Shown here piece after piece: positions 39,300-47,567 of a stretch of 64,000 nucleotides of DNA. Both the position numbers and the translations under genes were made by a program. Every line of letters starts with the position of its first letter. Within the stretch, counting starts at the first letter, position 1. Source of the DNA: Nanobdellota archaeon (GTDB lineage Archaea; Nanobdellota; Nanobdellia; Pacearchaeales; GW2011-AR1); contig JBMOLG010000004.1 of assembly GCA_049324275.1 (NCBI GenBank), positions 29,279-93,278 of the forward strand, read 5' to 3'. The notes under the pieces are model-generated. The model saw nothing but the letters and a program-made list of their open reading frames with translations. It was not told the origin of the DNA and made no database searches.

Positions 39300-40315
39300 T
39301 TTGTTTCAACATACCATTTAATTATTGCAGCATTGGTAACCCAAGTATTATAAATGTCCATTGCTAGCCCTATTATTAGTATAATAAAAATTTCATTGAT
39401 TACACTTTGGTATGCAAAAATTATTGGCAATGCAAAAACCAAAGCAAATAATGATGTTAAAGTCTCTGTCAAACCAGTTTTCAATGAAGCTAGAAGGATC
39501 TTGTTTGTAGATTCTTTTCTTTTAAGCATTCGCGTATCTAACATAATGTCAGTATCAACTGAATAACCAATTAACATCAAGAAAGCAACAATACCTGAAG
39601 CTGAAACTTTCATGCCAATAAAATTGACTATAGCCAAAGTGAATACTATGTCTGCAAATGCTGAAAGCGTGACGGCAAAACTAGGGACTGAAAAATATTT
39701 TTTGTAAATATGCAGTAAAGGCAAGAAAAGAACTGCAAATGGAAGAACAGCATAAATGAAACTATAATTTAAAAAAATGTTGAATAAAAATTTTGCAAAT
39801 GCTAAATTTAAAACAACAATAAGCACTTTTGTTTTAATTCCGGCATCAGAGAAAATCAAGAAGACAACTGCAGACATCCATAAGAAAGCCAATAAAACAG
39901 CTGGAATAAGCTGTCTGTAAAATGTATTGCTTAAGCTTGAACCGGTAAATTCTATACTAGAGTTGTCTTCTGTCAATTTATATCCAAGATATTCCTCTAA
40001 AATTGGCACAATTTTTTCAGGCATATCCGAGGAAGTAATTATAAGATGAGTCTGCTTGCCACTACCATCAGATAAAGAACCAACGTCTAAATCAGAAATT
40101 TTCAATGATAAAGTTTTTTTCAATTCTAAAGCTGAAATCGCAGATTTAACTGTAATTGTTGTACCGCCTGTTAATGAGATATCTTTTTTTATTATATCCC
40201 CAGTTTTAACATAAAAAAATCCCAAATAAGAAATTGCTATTAATAATAATATTGCAGATATGATTGGAATTTTCTTATAATGCTTGTCGTAAAATGCTGG
40301 AAATTTTTCTTTCAT
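39296..40315 (-). CDS. secF: Protein-export membrane protein SecF
   Basis: Overlaps secD by 4 nt. 6-TM block with IGYSVDTDIMLDTR. Confidence 0.8.
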   Translation of the reverse strand: MKEKFPAFYDKHYKKIPIISAILLLIAISYLGFFYVKTGDIIKKDISLTGGTTITVKSAISALELKKTLSLKISDLDVGSLSDGSGKQTHLIITSSDMPEKIVPILEEYLGYKLTEDNSSIEFTGSSLSNTFYRQLIPAVLLAFLWMSAVVFLIFSDAGIKTKVLIVVLNLAFAKFLFNIFLNYSFIYAVLPFAVLFLPLLHIYKKYFSVPSFAVTLSAFADIVFTLAIVNFIGMKVSASGIVAFLMLIGYSVDTDIMLDTRMLKRKESTNKILLASLKTGLTETLTSLFALVFALPIIFAYQSVINEIFIILIIGLAMDIYNTWVTNAAIIKWYVETK

Positions 40316-40373
40316 TTGTGCATTGTTCTTTTTTAGGAAGTAATGTATTATTTATTTACCAACCTTTTCTCTA

Positions 40374-40444
40374 TGCGCGGACCGGGACTCGAACCCGGGT
40401 CACTAGCTTGGAAGGCTGGTATTCTGCCACTAAACTATCCACGC
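40374..40444 (-). tRNA. tRNA-Gly (anticodon UCC)
   Basis: Hand-folded cloverleaf. Acceptor GCGTGGA/TCCGCGC, anticodon loop CTTCCAA, T-arm CCGGG-TTCGAGT-CCCGG. No encoded CCA, no intron. One C:A mismatch in the anticodon stem. Confidence 0.85.
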
Positions 40445-40492
40445 TTAACAGAAAAAGATAAAAAGGGTTTTTAAAGCTAGTGATAATTTAAA

Positions 40493-41188
40493 TTAATTTG
40501 ACAAAATCTTTATTCCATTATCGTCAATTTTCATTCCTATCGGACCTCTTACATGACTTGTCATTCTCATTTTCAAGATTCTTAATGCCCTATCACCTGA
40601 ACTTGAAATTCCAGAAGAGAATAATTCTGTTACAGAATCAGATAAATATTTAGAAAAAGAAATGCTTTCTGAAATTGACTGGACTGAATTTGATTCATCT
40701 GATTCTGCAGATATCAAGATGCATGAATCCAGCTCCTTTATCAACAAAAAAAAGTTGTAAATTTGTTTTCTGATGTTTGTTTCCTTGGGAATTTCTAAAG
40801 ACAAAACATTAATAGGATCAAAGCATATTCTTTTTATGTCATACTGTGTAACCAACTTGACTAATTTTTTTTGCATTTCCTTTAGGGGCATATCTGGTTC
40901 GAATTTCAGGAAAAAACATTTTTTTGCTTTCTCCAAATTTTCAAAGTCCATTCCCTGAAGCTTGCCAGTCTTATATAAATCATAAATTTCTTGTTCAAAA
41001 CTTATGAATAATCCATTTTCATTTTTTAAACTTCCATTATATAAAAATTGAAGTAAAAAGGTAGTTTTTCCCGAGCCTGCATTTCCAATAATAAGATTTA
41101 TGCTATTTTTTATAAAACCCTCTTTGCATAGAGAATCAAACCCTTTTATCCCGGTTGAACACCGTTCAGCACTCATCTTTTTTAGCAT
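40493..41188 (-). CDS. KaiC/RecA-superfamily ATPase (single domain, COG0467-like)
   Basis: STGIKGFDSL..GF and Walker A GNAGSGKTTFLLQFLYNG. Walker B-like ICFDPI. Confidence 0.7.
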   Translation of the reverse strand: MLKKMSAERCSTGIKGFDSLCKEGFIKNSINLIIGNAGSGKTTFLLQFLYNGSLKNENGLFISFEQEIYDLYKTGKLQGMDFENLEKAKKCFFLKFEPDMPLKEMQKKLVKLVTQYDIKRICFDPINVLSLEIPKETNIRKQIYNFFLLIKELDSCILISAESDESNSVQSISESISFSKYLSDSVTELFSSGISSSGDRALRILKMRMTSHVRGPIGMKIDDNGIKILSN

Positions 41189-41190
41189 CT

Positions 41191-41982
41191 TCAGGAATTT
41201 ATATATCTTTCTACATCTTTTATTTTTTTAGCATATTTTCTTTTATTTTCTTTTGTCATATAATTATAGAGCATATTTATACGGGAAAATACTTTTTTAG
41301 CTTCCTTTTTTTTATTTTCATCCATTAGATTATTTGCTTCTTCAATGAGATAGGTTAGAACATCTTCAGGGTCTTGTTCTTCGATTTTATTTTTTAATTT
41401 TATCCAAGGAAGAAAAAATGATTTAATCAAATAGAGAATAATGGCAATCAAAATTAATAATATTAATATAATTGAAATCGTTTGGATTCTGTTGATTTTT
41501 TCTAAATCAAACGTCATAGTTTTAATCTTCTCGTCAATCACATCAGCAAATCCTATCTTTTCATTAATGCTTGAAACTTGAATTAGCGCGCTCTTATTAG
41601 ATAAAGATCTTAAATAGATTGAGACATCATAATATTGATCATTGTCTAAGTTTAATTTTTCTGTTCCAAAAAGCTGCAAAGAATAAAAACTTGTGTCATC
41701 AACTAAAAAATATATTTTTTTGTTGGAAGCATTTATACCATGAAATTTAAAATAATGTGTTTTAACGCCTGTGATTTTTATTAGATCATTTTCAGTTATT
41801 GCCAAAGTTTGAGTAGAAAATTGATTTAAGTCAAGAGAAATTATATTTCCAGATTGAATAGAATTATTTTTTATGACTCCAATAGGATAATTAGATTCCC
41901 GTATTCTAAATGAATTAAGCAAAAAAAATAAACATGCTAAAATTAAAAGCAAAAATATAGTAACATATTTCTCTTTTTGCAT
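41191..41982 (-). CDS. Bitopic membrane protein: extracytoplasmic domain, TM helix, charged helical tail
   Basis: N-terminal signal anchor, about 150-aa beta-rich region, second TM helix, then a Lys/Glu-rich tail. Ends 2 nt before the KaiC-like gene. Confidence 0.45.
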   Translation of the reverse strand: MQKEKYVTIFLLLILACLFFLLNSFRIRESNYPIGVIKNNSIQSGNIISLDLNQFSTQTLAITENDLIKITGVKTHYFKFHGINASNKKIYFLVDDTSFYSLQLFGTEKLNLDNDQYYDVSIYLRSLSNKSALIQVSSINEKIGFADVIDEKIKTMTFDLEKINRIQTISIILILLILIAIILYLIKSFFLPWIKLKNKIEEQDPEDVLTYLIEEANNLMDENKKKEAKKVFSRINMLYNYMTKENKRKYAKKIKDVERYINS

Positions 41983-42087
41983 AAAAGTTATATAACATTG
42001 TCTTTATTAATTTTATGTTTAGAATCTAAAATTTTAAGTTGAAAATTTATTTAATCTTTAGATCTATCAGACTTAAGTAATTTATGA

Positions 42088-42161
42088 TGCCCTCGGCAGG
42101 ACTTGAACCTGCGACCCCAAGGTTAGGAACCTTGTGCTCTATCCAGCTGAGCTACGAGAGC
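42088..42161 (-). tRNA. tRNA-Arg (anticodon CCU)
   Basis: Acceptor GCTCTCG/CGAGGGC, D-arm GCTC..GAGC, anticodon arm CAAGG-TTCCTAA-CCTTG, T-arm GCAGG-TTCAAGT-CCTGC. Confidence 0.9.
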
Positions 42162-42197
42162 TATTATAATTGATAAACAAAGACTTATAAAATTATT

Positions 42198-42788
42198 TTG
42201 TTTAGCTATTTAATGAAAATAAAAAGAGGGACTTTAAATATTTCTAAAGTTATCATTGTCTTATCAATAATTGCAGCGGTATGCACAATGATCTTATGGT
42301 ATATTCAAAATCCAATTTATAATAAGAATGACCAAGAAAAAATAATTGTAGAAATACAGAATCCCGCCCTAAAATATGCTGAAAAAACAAATTTAAATTT
42401 GGAAGAAATTGAAAATATTACTTTATTAGCACAAAATGAAACAAATGACTTTGATATAGCCCTAATAAAATTTATCCTTTTTGGAATTGGGATTAACAAT
42501 TTACATAATCCTCCATTCAGCTCAGATAATCCAAAAATTGAATTTGTTCTTGATGATAATAATTATGCTGTTGAAATTAAAAAAGAAGGAATGAAAATTG
42601 ATATTGGAGATGTTGAAAATAAAGATATAATAATAAAAACTACCAGAGCTGAAGCAATCAAAATGAGCTTTAATGAGAGTTATATTTCAGATTCATTCAG
42701 ACAAGGAAAATCTTCTATTGAATTAATGGCCGGCAAACCGACACTTTTAGCTAAAGGTTATTTAGAGATTTATGATAAATTAAGTTGA
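42198..42788 (+). CDS. Membrane-anchored protein with SCP2-like C-terminal domain
   Basis: N-terminal TM helix. The C-terminal region (KIEFVLDD..AVEIKKEGMKIDIG...IIIKTTRAEAIKM...GKSSIELMAG) resembles the SCP2 sterol/lipid-binding fold. Confidence 0.4.
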   Translation: MFSYLMKIKRGTLNISKVIIVLSIIAAVCTMILWYIQNPIYNKNDQEKIIVEIQNPALKYAEKTNLNLEEIENITLLAQNETNDFDIALIKFILFGIGINNLHNPPFSSDNPKIEFVLDDNNYAVEIKKEGMKIDIGDVENKDIIIKTTRAEAIKMSFNESYISDSFRQGKSSIELMAGKPTLLAKGYLEIYDKLS

Positions 42789-42829
42789 GTGATTCGAACC
42801 AGGTTCGAAGAGAAATATGCAGGGAAGAG
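42788..42829. repeat. 42-bp perfect direct repeat, copy 1 (tRNA-Leu 3' end plus downstream flank)
   Basis: AGTGATTCGAACCAGGTTCGAAGAGAAATATGCAGGGAAGAG is identical to 42878..42919. Confidence 0.95.
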
Positions 42830-42877
42830 TCCTAAAAAATCTTTCAGATTTTTGGGAACTTAAAATTTTGTATTTTA

Positions 42878-42919
42878 AGTGATTCGAACCAGGTTCGAAG
42901 AGAAATATGCAGGGAAGAG
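42878..42919. repeat. 42-bp perfect direct repeat, copy 2 (overlaps the true 3' end of tRNA-Leu)
   Basis: Identical to 42788..42829. Its last 12 nt are the discriminator plus the 3' acceptor/T-stem of tRNA-Leu(CAA). Confidence 0.95.
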
Positions 42920-42991
42920 GATTCGAACCTCTGCACTCACTAAGAGAACAGCTCTTGAGGCTGTCGCGTTTAACCACTTCGCTATCCCTGC
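42908..42991 (-). tRNA. tRNA-Leu (anticodon CAA), class II
   Basis: Acceptor GCAGGGA/TCCCTGC, anticodon arm ACAGC-CTCAAGA-GCTGT, long variable arm, T-arm AGAGG-TTCGAAT-CCTCT. Confidence 0.9.
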
Positions 42992-43094
42992 TTAATTTTC
43001 TTATAGCGCCTTTGTTTTTAAGCCTTGCTTAATATTTAATTAAAATTCCATTTATTTATCAAAGGGAAAAGCAATCAAGGAGAGCTCTCAATCA

Positions 43095-43110
43095 AGGAAA
43101 GGTTTAAAAA
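43095..43110 (+). promoter_or_regulatory. Putative archaeal BRE/TATA promoter of the 5S rRNA gene
   Basis: GGAAAGG followed by TTTAAAAAA. The TATA centre lies about 24 nt upstream of the inferred 5S 5' end. Confidence 0.5.
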
Positions 43111-43128
43111 ACCAGATTTCTAGTTCAT

Positions 43129-43243
43129 GTTAAGACGGCCATAATAACTAGGAAACACCCAGACCCATTCCGAACCTGGAAGTTAAGCTGGTTATGTTTT
43201 ATGTTGTACTGCTAAAAGTGGGAAGCATAAAAGCTGTCTTACC
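43129..43243 (+). rRNA. rrf: 5S ribosomal RNA (not linked to 16S/23S in this window)
   Basis: Universal 5S core CCCATTCCGAACCTGGAAGTTAAGC and GTACTGC...GTGGGAAG. Helix I pairs AAGACGGC (43131-43138) with GCTGTCTT (43233-43240). Confidence 0.9.
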
Positions 43244-43252
43244 TTTTTTTTT
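43244..43252 (+). terminator. Oligo-T terminator after 5S rRNA
   Basis: Run of nine T directly after the 5S 3' end. Oligo-T tracts are the archaeal termination signal. Confidence 0.6.
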
Positions 43253-43285
43253 AAAATATTTATAGTTCAACTAATTTCTAATAAT

Positions 43286-43531
43286 ATGAAAAATAAAGAG
43301 AAAACCTTTGAACAAATTATGATCCTGATTAAGAACAAAAATTTTCAAGATAACAAGAAAGCAAAAAAGCTGGCAATGAAGAATAACATTCAGTTAAAAG
43401 AATTAAGAAAAGAATTTTGCCAGGAATGTTTTTATCCACTAGAACAAGGCAAGATAAGAATAAAAAATGGTTATAAAAAAATAAAATGCAAAAATTGCAG
43501 CAAATTGTATAGATTTAAAATTAAAAATTAA
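43286..43531 (+). CDS. RNase P protein component 4 (Rpp21/Rnp4)-like zinc-ribbon protein
   Basis: Basic helical N-terminus, then FCQECFYPLEQGKIRIKNGYKKIKCKNCSKLYRFK (CxxC...CxxC with the R/K pattern of Rpp21). Shorter than typical. Confidence 0.5.
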   Translation: MKNKEKTFEQIMILIKNKNFQDNKKAKKLAMKNNIQLKELRKEFCQECFYPLEQGKIRIKNGYKKIKCKNCSKLYRFKIKN

Positions 43532-43725
43532 AATTTTTTGAATTTATTGACTAATTCTAAAATGTCTACTTGGCCCAAGAATAACGCTCTGCAGCAATAT
43601 CTTTCAAGTCCAAGTGAGTCCAAAACTTTTTTAGGGTCTTCACCTTGCTTAACTCTCTTTTTATATTCAACCCATAAATTTGCAATGGGCTTTCCACAAC
43701 TGTAACATCTTACTGGCATTATCAT
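43528..43725 (-). CDS. rpoN: DNA-directed RNA polymerase subunit N (Rpo10)
   Basis: MIMPVRCYSCGKPI...W..Y...LGLERYCCR is the invariant Rpb10/RpoN zinc-bundle sequence. Confidence 0.9.
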   Translation of the reverse strand: MIMPVRCYSCGKPIANLWVEYKKRVKQGEDPKKVLDSLGLERYCCRALFLGQVDILELVNKFKKF

Positions 43726-43884
43726 AGTAATAGTTCAAAATAAGGCTATTTAAACTTTTTTATGAAATAGTTCCAACTTAAATATTTTTCGATGATTGAA
43801 TTAATCTTAATTTTCTCAAGTATTAGTAACTTCATAATGGTTACAGAAGAAAACTTTAAATACTATCTTTCATTAAAAGCAATT

Positions 43885-44556
43885 ATGCAGACACAAATAA
43901 AATTAGATTACATAACTAAGGCATACAAAATGGGAAATACAACTATAAGTGCTTTAGGAGGCATTGACTTAGAAATTAAAAAGGGAGATTTTATGGCAAT
44001 AGTAGGCCCATCTGGCTCAGGGAAAAGCACTATGATGAATATGGTAGGCGCATTAGATGTAGCAACTACCGGAAATATTTTTTTAGACAATATAAATATA
44101 GAGCATCTTCAAGAATCAGAGCTTGCGCAAATAAGGGGTCAAAAAATCGGATTTGTTTTTCAAACATTTAATCTAATCCCAACTTTAACCGCTTTGGAAA
44201 ATGTCATGCTTCCTATGTTGTTTCAGTCTATTCCGAGGCAGAAAAGAATTGACAGAGCAAAGAAATTATTAAATGATGTTGGGTTATCTCAAAGATTAAA
44301 CCACTTGCCAGGTGAAATGTCTGGGGGGCAAAGGCAAAGAGTTGCGATTGCTCGTGCATTAGCAAATGACCCGGATATTATTTTAGCAGATGAACCCACG
44401 GGAAATCTGGATTCAAAAACAGGTGAAGAGATCATACAGATGTTTATAAATCTCAATAAAGAAGGAAAAACAATTATTATTGTTACGCATGATAATGAAC
44501 TTGCCAAAAGAGCAAAGAAAATTGTAAGAATTAAAGACGGAAAAATTGTAAAATGA
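43885..44556 (+). CDS. ABC transporter ATP-binding protein (MacB/LolD-type)
   Basis: GPSGSGKST, Q-loop, LSGGQRQRVAIARAL and ILADEPTGNLD. ATG at 43885 preferred over the listed 43792. Confidence 0.85.
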   Translation: MQTQIKLDYITKAYKMGNTTISALGGIDLEIKKGDFMAIVGPSGSGKSTMMNMVGALDVATTGNIFLDNINIEHLQESELAQIRGQKIGFVFQTFNLIPTLTALENVMLPMLFQSIPRQKRIDRAKKLLNDVGLSQRLNHLPGEMSGGQRQRVAIARALANDPDIILADEPTGNLDSKTGEEIIQMFINLNKEGKTIIIVTHDNELAKRAKKIVRIKDGKIVK

Positions 44557-45389
44557 AAAAACAAATTAATTTAATTTTAATATTAGTTTTAGCAGTATAT
44601 CTTATTAGCTTAAGTTCTGCATTAAACATTGAATCAGTAACGTCTAACCCTGAACAGGTTGCTCCTGGTGAAAAATTAGATGTATTTTTACGCATAGCAA
44701 ATGATTTTGACTATGATGCAGAAAATATTAAAGTAAGTGTTGATTTAATGAACAGCCCAATTTCCCCAAAAATTAGTTCTGAATTCTTTTTAGATAAAAT
44801 CAAAAAAAACAATGATGAAGAAGTGGAATTTGGATTCATTGCTGACGCTGAAGCTGAACCGGGAATTTACAAGATACCCATAAAAATCGAATATGTTTTG
44901 GATGGAACTCAAAAAATAGAAGTGTCTATGATTTCGATCATTATAAACTCAAAACCCAATCTTATGATTAACTCAGAAAGTGTTTTATTAAAAAATCAAA
45001 AGAATGATTTAGATATTGAAATTATCAACAAAGGCCTTGGCAAAACAAAATTTCTTGAAATTGAACTGTCACAATCAGGGGATTATAATATTCTATCTTC
45101 AAACAAAGTTTATATTGGGGATTTAGATTCAGATGATTTTGATTCTGCCAAATTTGAAATTTATTCAAAAGATAAATCATATATTATAATTCCCGTAACC
45201 TTAAAATATAAAGATGCATTAAATAAAGTTTATGTTGAGAATCAGGAAATTACAGTAAGATCATATTCGACAGATGAAGCAACAAAATTGGGGCTAATTA
45301 AAGATTCTAATTTTACAAAATATTTAGTTGCGATTCTTCTAATAGTTGTTTTATTTTTAATATATCGAAAGTTAAAGAAAAGGAAATAA
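44553..45389 (+). CDS. Secreted, C-terminally anchored beta-rich protein (COG1361/CARDB-like) of the ABC operon
   Basis: Signal peptide, two repeated Ig-like segments, and a C-terminal TM helix plus KKRK. Overlaps the flanking ABC genes. Confidence 0.45.
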   Translation: MKKQINLILILVLAVYLISLSSALNIESVTSNPEQVAPGEKLDVFLRIANDFDYDAENIKVSVDLMNSPISPKISSEFFLDKIKKNNDEEVEFGFIADAEAEPGIYKIPIKIEYVLDGTQKIEVSMISIIINSKPNLMINSESVLLKNQKNDLDIEIINKGLGKTKFLEIELSQSGDYNILSSNKVYIGDLDSDDFDSAKFEIYSKDKSYIIIPVTLKYKDALNKVYVENQEITVRSYSTDEATKLGLIKDSNFTKYLVAILLIVVLFLIYRKLKKRK

Positions 45390-45390
45390 A

Positions 45391-46608
45391 ATGATCCTTG
45401 ATTTTATGCAATTTTCCTTGAATAATCTTAAAAGAAGAAAATTACGAAGCTGGCTTACTATGATAGGAATTTTTATTGGAATTGCAGCCGTTGTTGCATT
45501 AATCTCATTAGGCCAAGGACTTCAGGATTTTATTACTTCTGAATTTGAAAGTTTGGGAGGAGATAAAATAATGATTCAAAGCAAAACAATCGGCCCTCCT
45601 GGTTCTGCGACAAGCAAAGAATTAATTTTGACTTCCAAAGATTTAACAATCATAAAAAATGTGAGGGGAGTCGAAGATGCAGCAGGAATTTTAATGAAAA
45701 CAACTTCTGCAAAATCTCAAGACGAAAGAAATATTGGATTAATAATAGGATATGATGACAATTATGAAAAAGTCCTTGGAAAAAACAATGTGGAAAATCA
45801 GATAGTCGAGGGACGAGGACTTGAAGAAGGCGATAAATCCAAGGTAATTGTAGGAAATAACCATGTTAATGGAGATATTTGGGATAAACAATTAAAATTA
45901 AGAGATACAATAGAAATTGAAGGCAAGGAATTTAAGATTGTGGGTGTAATGAAAAAGACTGGAAGTCCATTTGAAGATAATGCTTATTTTGTAAGAAAAG
46001 AAACATTAAAAGAATTATTAAATGTTCAAGATGAGGAAAGCCAGATTACTGTAAAAGTAGCAAAAAATTATGATCCTGAAGAAGTTGCTGATGCAATAAA
46101 AAGAAAATTACGCCAATCCAGAGGAGAAAAAGAAGGCGAGGAAACATTTAGCGTCCAAACATCAGAGCAATTGCTCCAAAGCTTTTCAAATATTTTTAGT
46201 ATTGTTCAAGGAGTTTTAGTCGGCATTGCTGCAATCTCATTATTGGTTGGAGGAGTCGGGATTATGAATACAATGTATACTTCAGTCTTAGAAAGAACCA
46301 AAGAGATTGGAGTAATGAAAGCGATAGGTGCTACAAACAATCAGATTTTATTTTTATTCTTAATAGAATCAGGATTACTCGGATTAGTTGGCGGATTAAT
46401 TGGTATAGGGCTGGGAATTGGCCTGGCTAAGGCTGCAGAATTAATTGCAGGAGCTGCGATAGGGACGCCCTTATTAAAGGCAAGTATAAACCCTTCTTTA
46501 ATTATCGGGGCCTTATGCTTTTCGATTATTATTGGAGGGTTATCAGGAATTTTTCCAGCAAAACAAGCCTCAAATTTAAAGCCGGTAGACGCATTAAGAT
46601 ATGAATAA
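45391..46608 (+). CDS. ABC transporter permease, MacB/FtsX family
   Basis: N-terminal TM helix, about 220-aa extracytoplasmic domain, and a C-terminal FtsX 3-TM block with GGVGIMNTM..V.ERTKEIGVMKAIGA. Confidence 0.85.
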   Translation: MILDFMQFSLNNLKRRKLRSWLTMIGIFIGIAAVVALISLGQGLQDFITSEFESLGGDKIMIQSKTIGPPGSATSKELILTSKDLTIIKNVRGVEDAAGILMKTTSAKSQDERNIGLIIGYDDNYEKVLGKNNVENQIVEGRGLEEGDKSKVIVGNNHVNGDIWDKQLKLRDTIEIEGKEFKIVGVMKKTGSPFEDNAYFVRKETLKELLNVQDEESQITVKVAKNYDPEEVADAIKRKLRQSRGEKEGEETFSVQTSEQLLQSFSNIFSIVQGVLVGIAAISLLVGGVGIMNTMYTSVLERTKEIGVMKAIGATNNQILFLFLIESGLLGLVGGLIGIGLGIGLAKAAELIAGAAIGTPLLKASINPSLIIGALCFSIIIGGLSGIFPAKQASNLKPVDALRYE

Positions 46609-46621
46609 CCCGTAAGAATCT

Positions 46622-47217
46622 TTAAATTATTCTGAAATTGTTAGACAAGCATTTGACACAAAAAAAATTTTTATAATTAGTCTTAATATTTTTATCCAAA
46701 CTTTTAAGGTCAAGGATTCTAAACATTACACATTTATTATTAGGACAATGCATTCCCATATTTACTTTATGTTTTGTTTCAAGATTTTGATAGATAGCGT
46801 TTTTATAATGTCTTTGATTCTTGACTAAATAATGCCCTAATTCATGAACAACAATAAATTCTAATCTTTTTTTATATTTAGATTTGGAAATTTTCAATGT
46901 TTTTTCAGGAATTTCTTCGGTTGATCTTAATCTTGAAGTTGAAATAATAAATTGTTGATTAGTTGTAGCAATTCCAAAAACCCAATCATCTTCTCTTGAA
47001 GAGGAGCCAAGGGGAAAATATTTTTCGACGTCAAAAGGAGATTATTTTTAAATTTTTTATTAATTTGAACTTCATAACCGTTAAGTTTTTTATTGAATTT
47101 CAATAATCCTTTAAAATTTCCTTTTTGTATTTTGCATTCTATTTTAAATATTTTTTCCAAAGTTTTCTTTGCAATATTTGCTTCATATTCTAAATTTTTT
47201 TCAAACAAGATTTCCAT
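46622..47217 (-). pseudogene. Archaemetzincin-like zinc protease, interrupted by a frameshift near 47030-47040
   Basis: The downstream frame encodes FIVVHELGHY...HCPNNKCVMF...FCVKCL (the HExxH...C..C.M...CxxC pattern). That frame continues upstream as PFDVEKYFPLGSSSREDDWVFGIATTNQQFIISTSRLRS until a stop. The N-terminal 96-aa ORF (46927..47217) is in a different frame, and the two overlap around CTCCTTTTGAC. Confidence 0.65.
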
Positions 47218-47326
47218 AAAATTTCAGTAAAATATTCTTTAAAAATGATATGCATAATGATGAAAACATAAATTTAAAAACTATGAATTAAATTATTTTT
47301 ATTAATTATAAAAAAAGGGTCAAAAA

Positions 47327-47494
47327 ATGAAAAAATGTATTTATTGCAGTTCCGAAATAGATGAAAAATCGGTAGTTGATGTTTGTGAAAAATGTATGTA
47401 TAAAGTTTGGGGTCCAAAAATGGCTAAAGCCATTGTAGACAATATGGAAAAAGCCAGAGACAGAGGAGATGGAGAGCTCTGGAAAAATACTTAA
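47327..47494 (+). CDS. Small zinc-ribbon protein (55 aa, absent from the ORF track)
   Basis: [55 protein letters not shown] has a CxxC...CxxC pattern. It fills the gap upstream of L21e on the same strand. Confidence 0.45.
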   Translation: MKKCIYCSSEIDEKSVVDVCEKCMYKVWGPKMAKAIVDNMEKARDRGDGELWKNT

Positions 47495-47567
47495 TCTAAT
47501 TACTCCTACAAAATTATAGAACAGAACATTTTTAAATAGAGAAATTTTTCTTGATAAGGAAGTTAAG

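Noticed and set aside
40264-40461. 65-aa plus-strand ORF.
   Set aside because: It runs through the complement of tRNA-Gly and the 5' end of secF. It is a shadow ORF.
42788-42829. Orphan tRNA 3' fragment as a split or trans-spliced tRNA half (Nanoarchaeum-style).
   Set aside because: Only 12 nt of the tRNA are present (discriminator plus part of the acceptor/T-stem). No T-arm can be formed, and no complementary leader for a 5' half was seen.
42780-42977. 65-aa minus-strand ORF with an internal repeat (LPCIFLFEPGSNH appears twice).
   Set aside because: It is the translation of tRNA-Leu(CAA) and of the 42-bp DNA repeat. The peptide repeat simply mirrors the DNA duplication.
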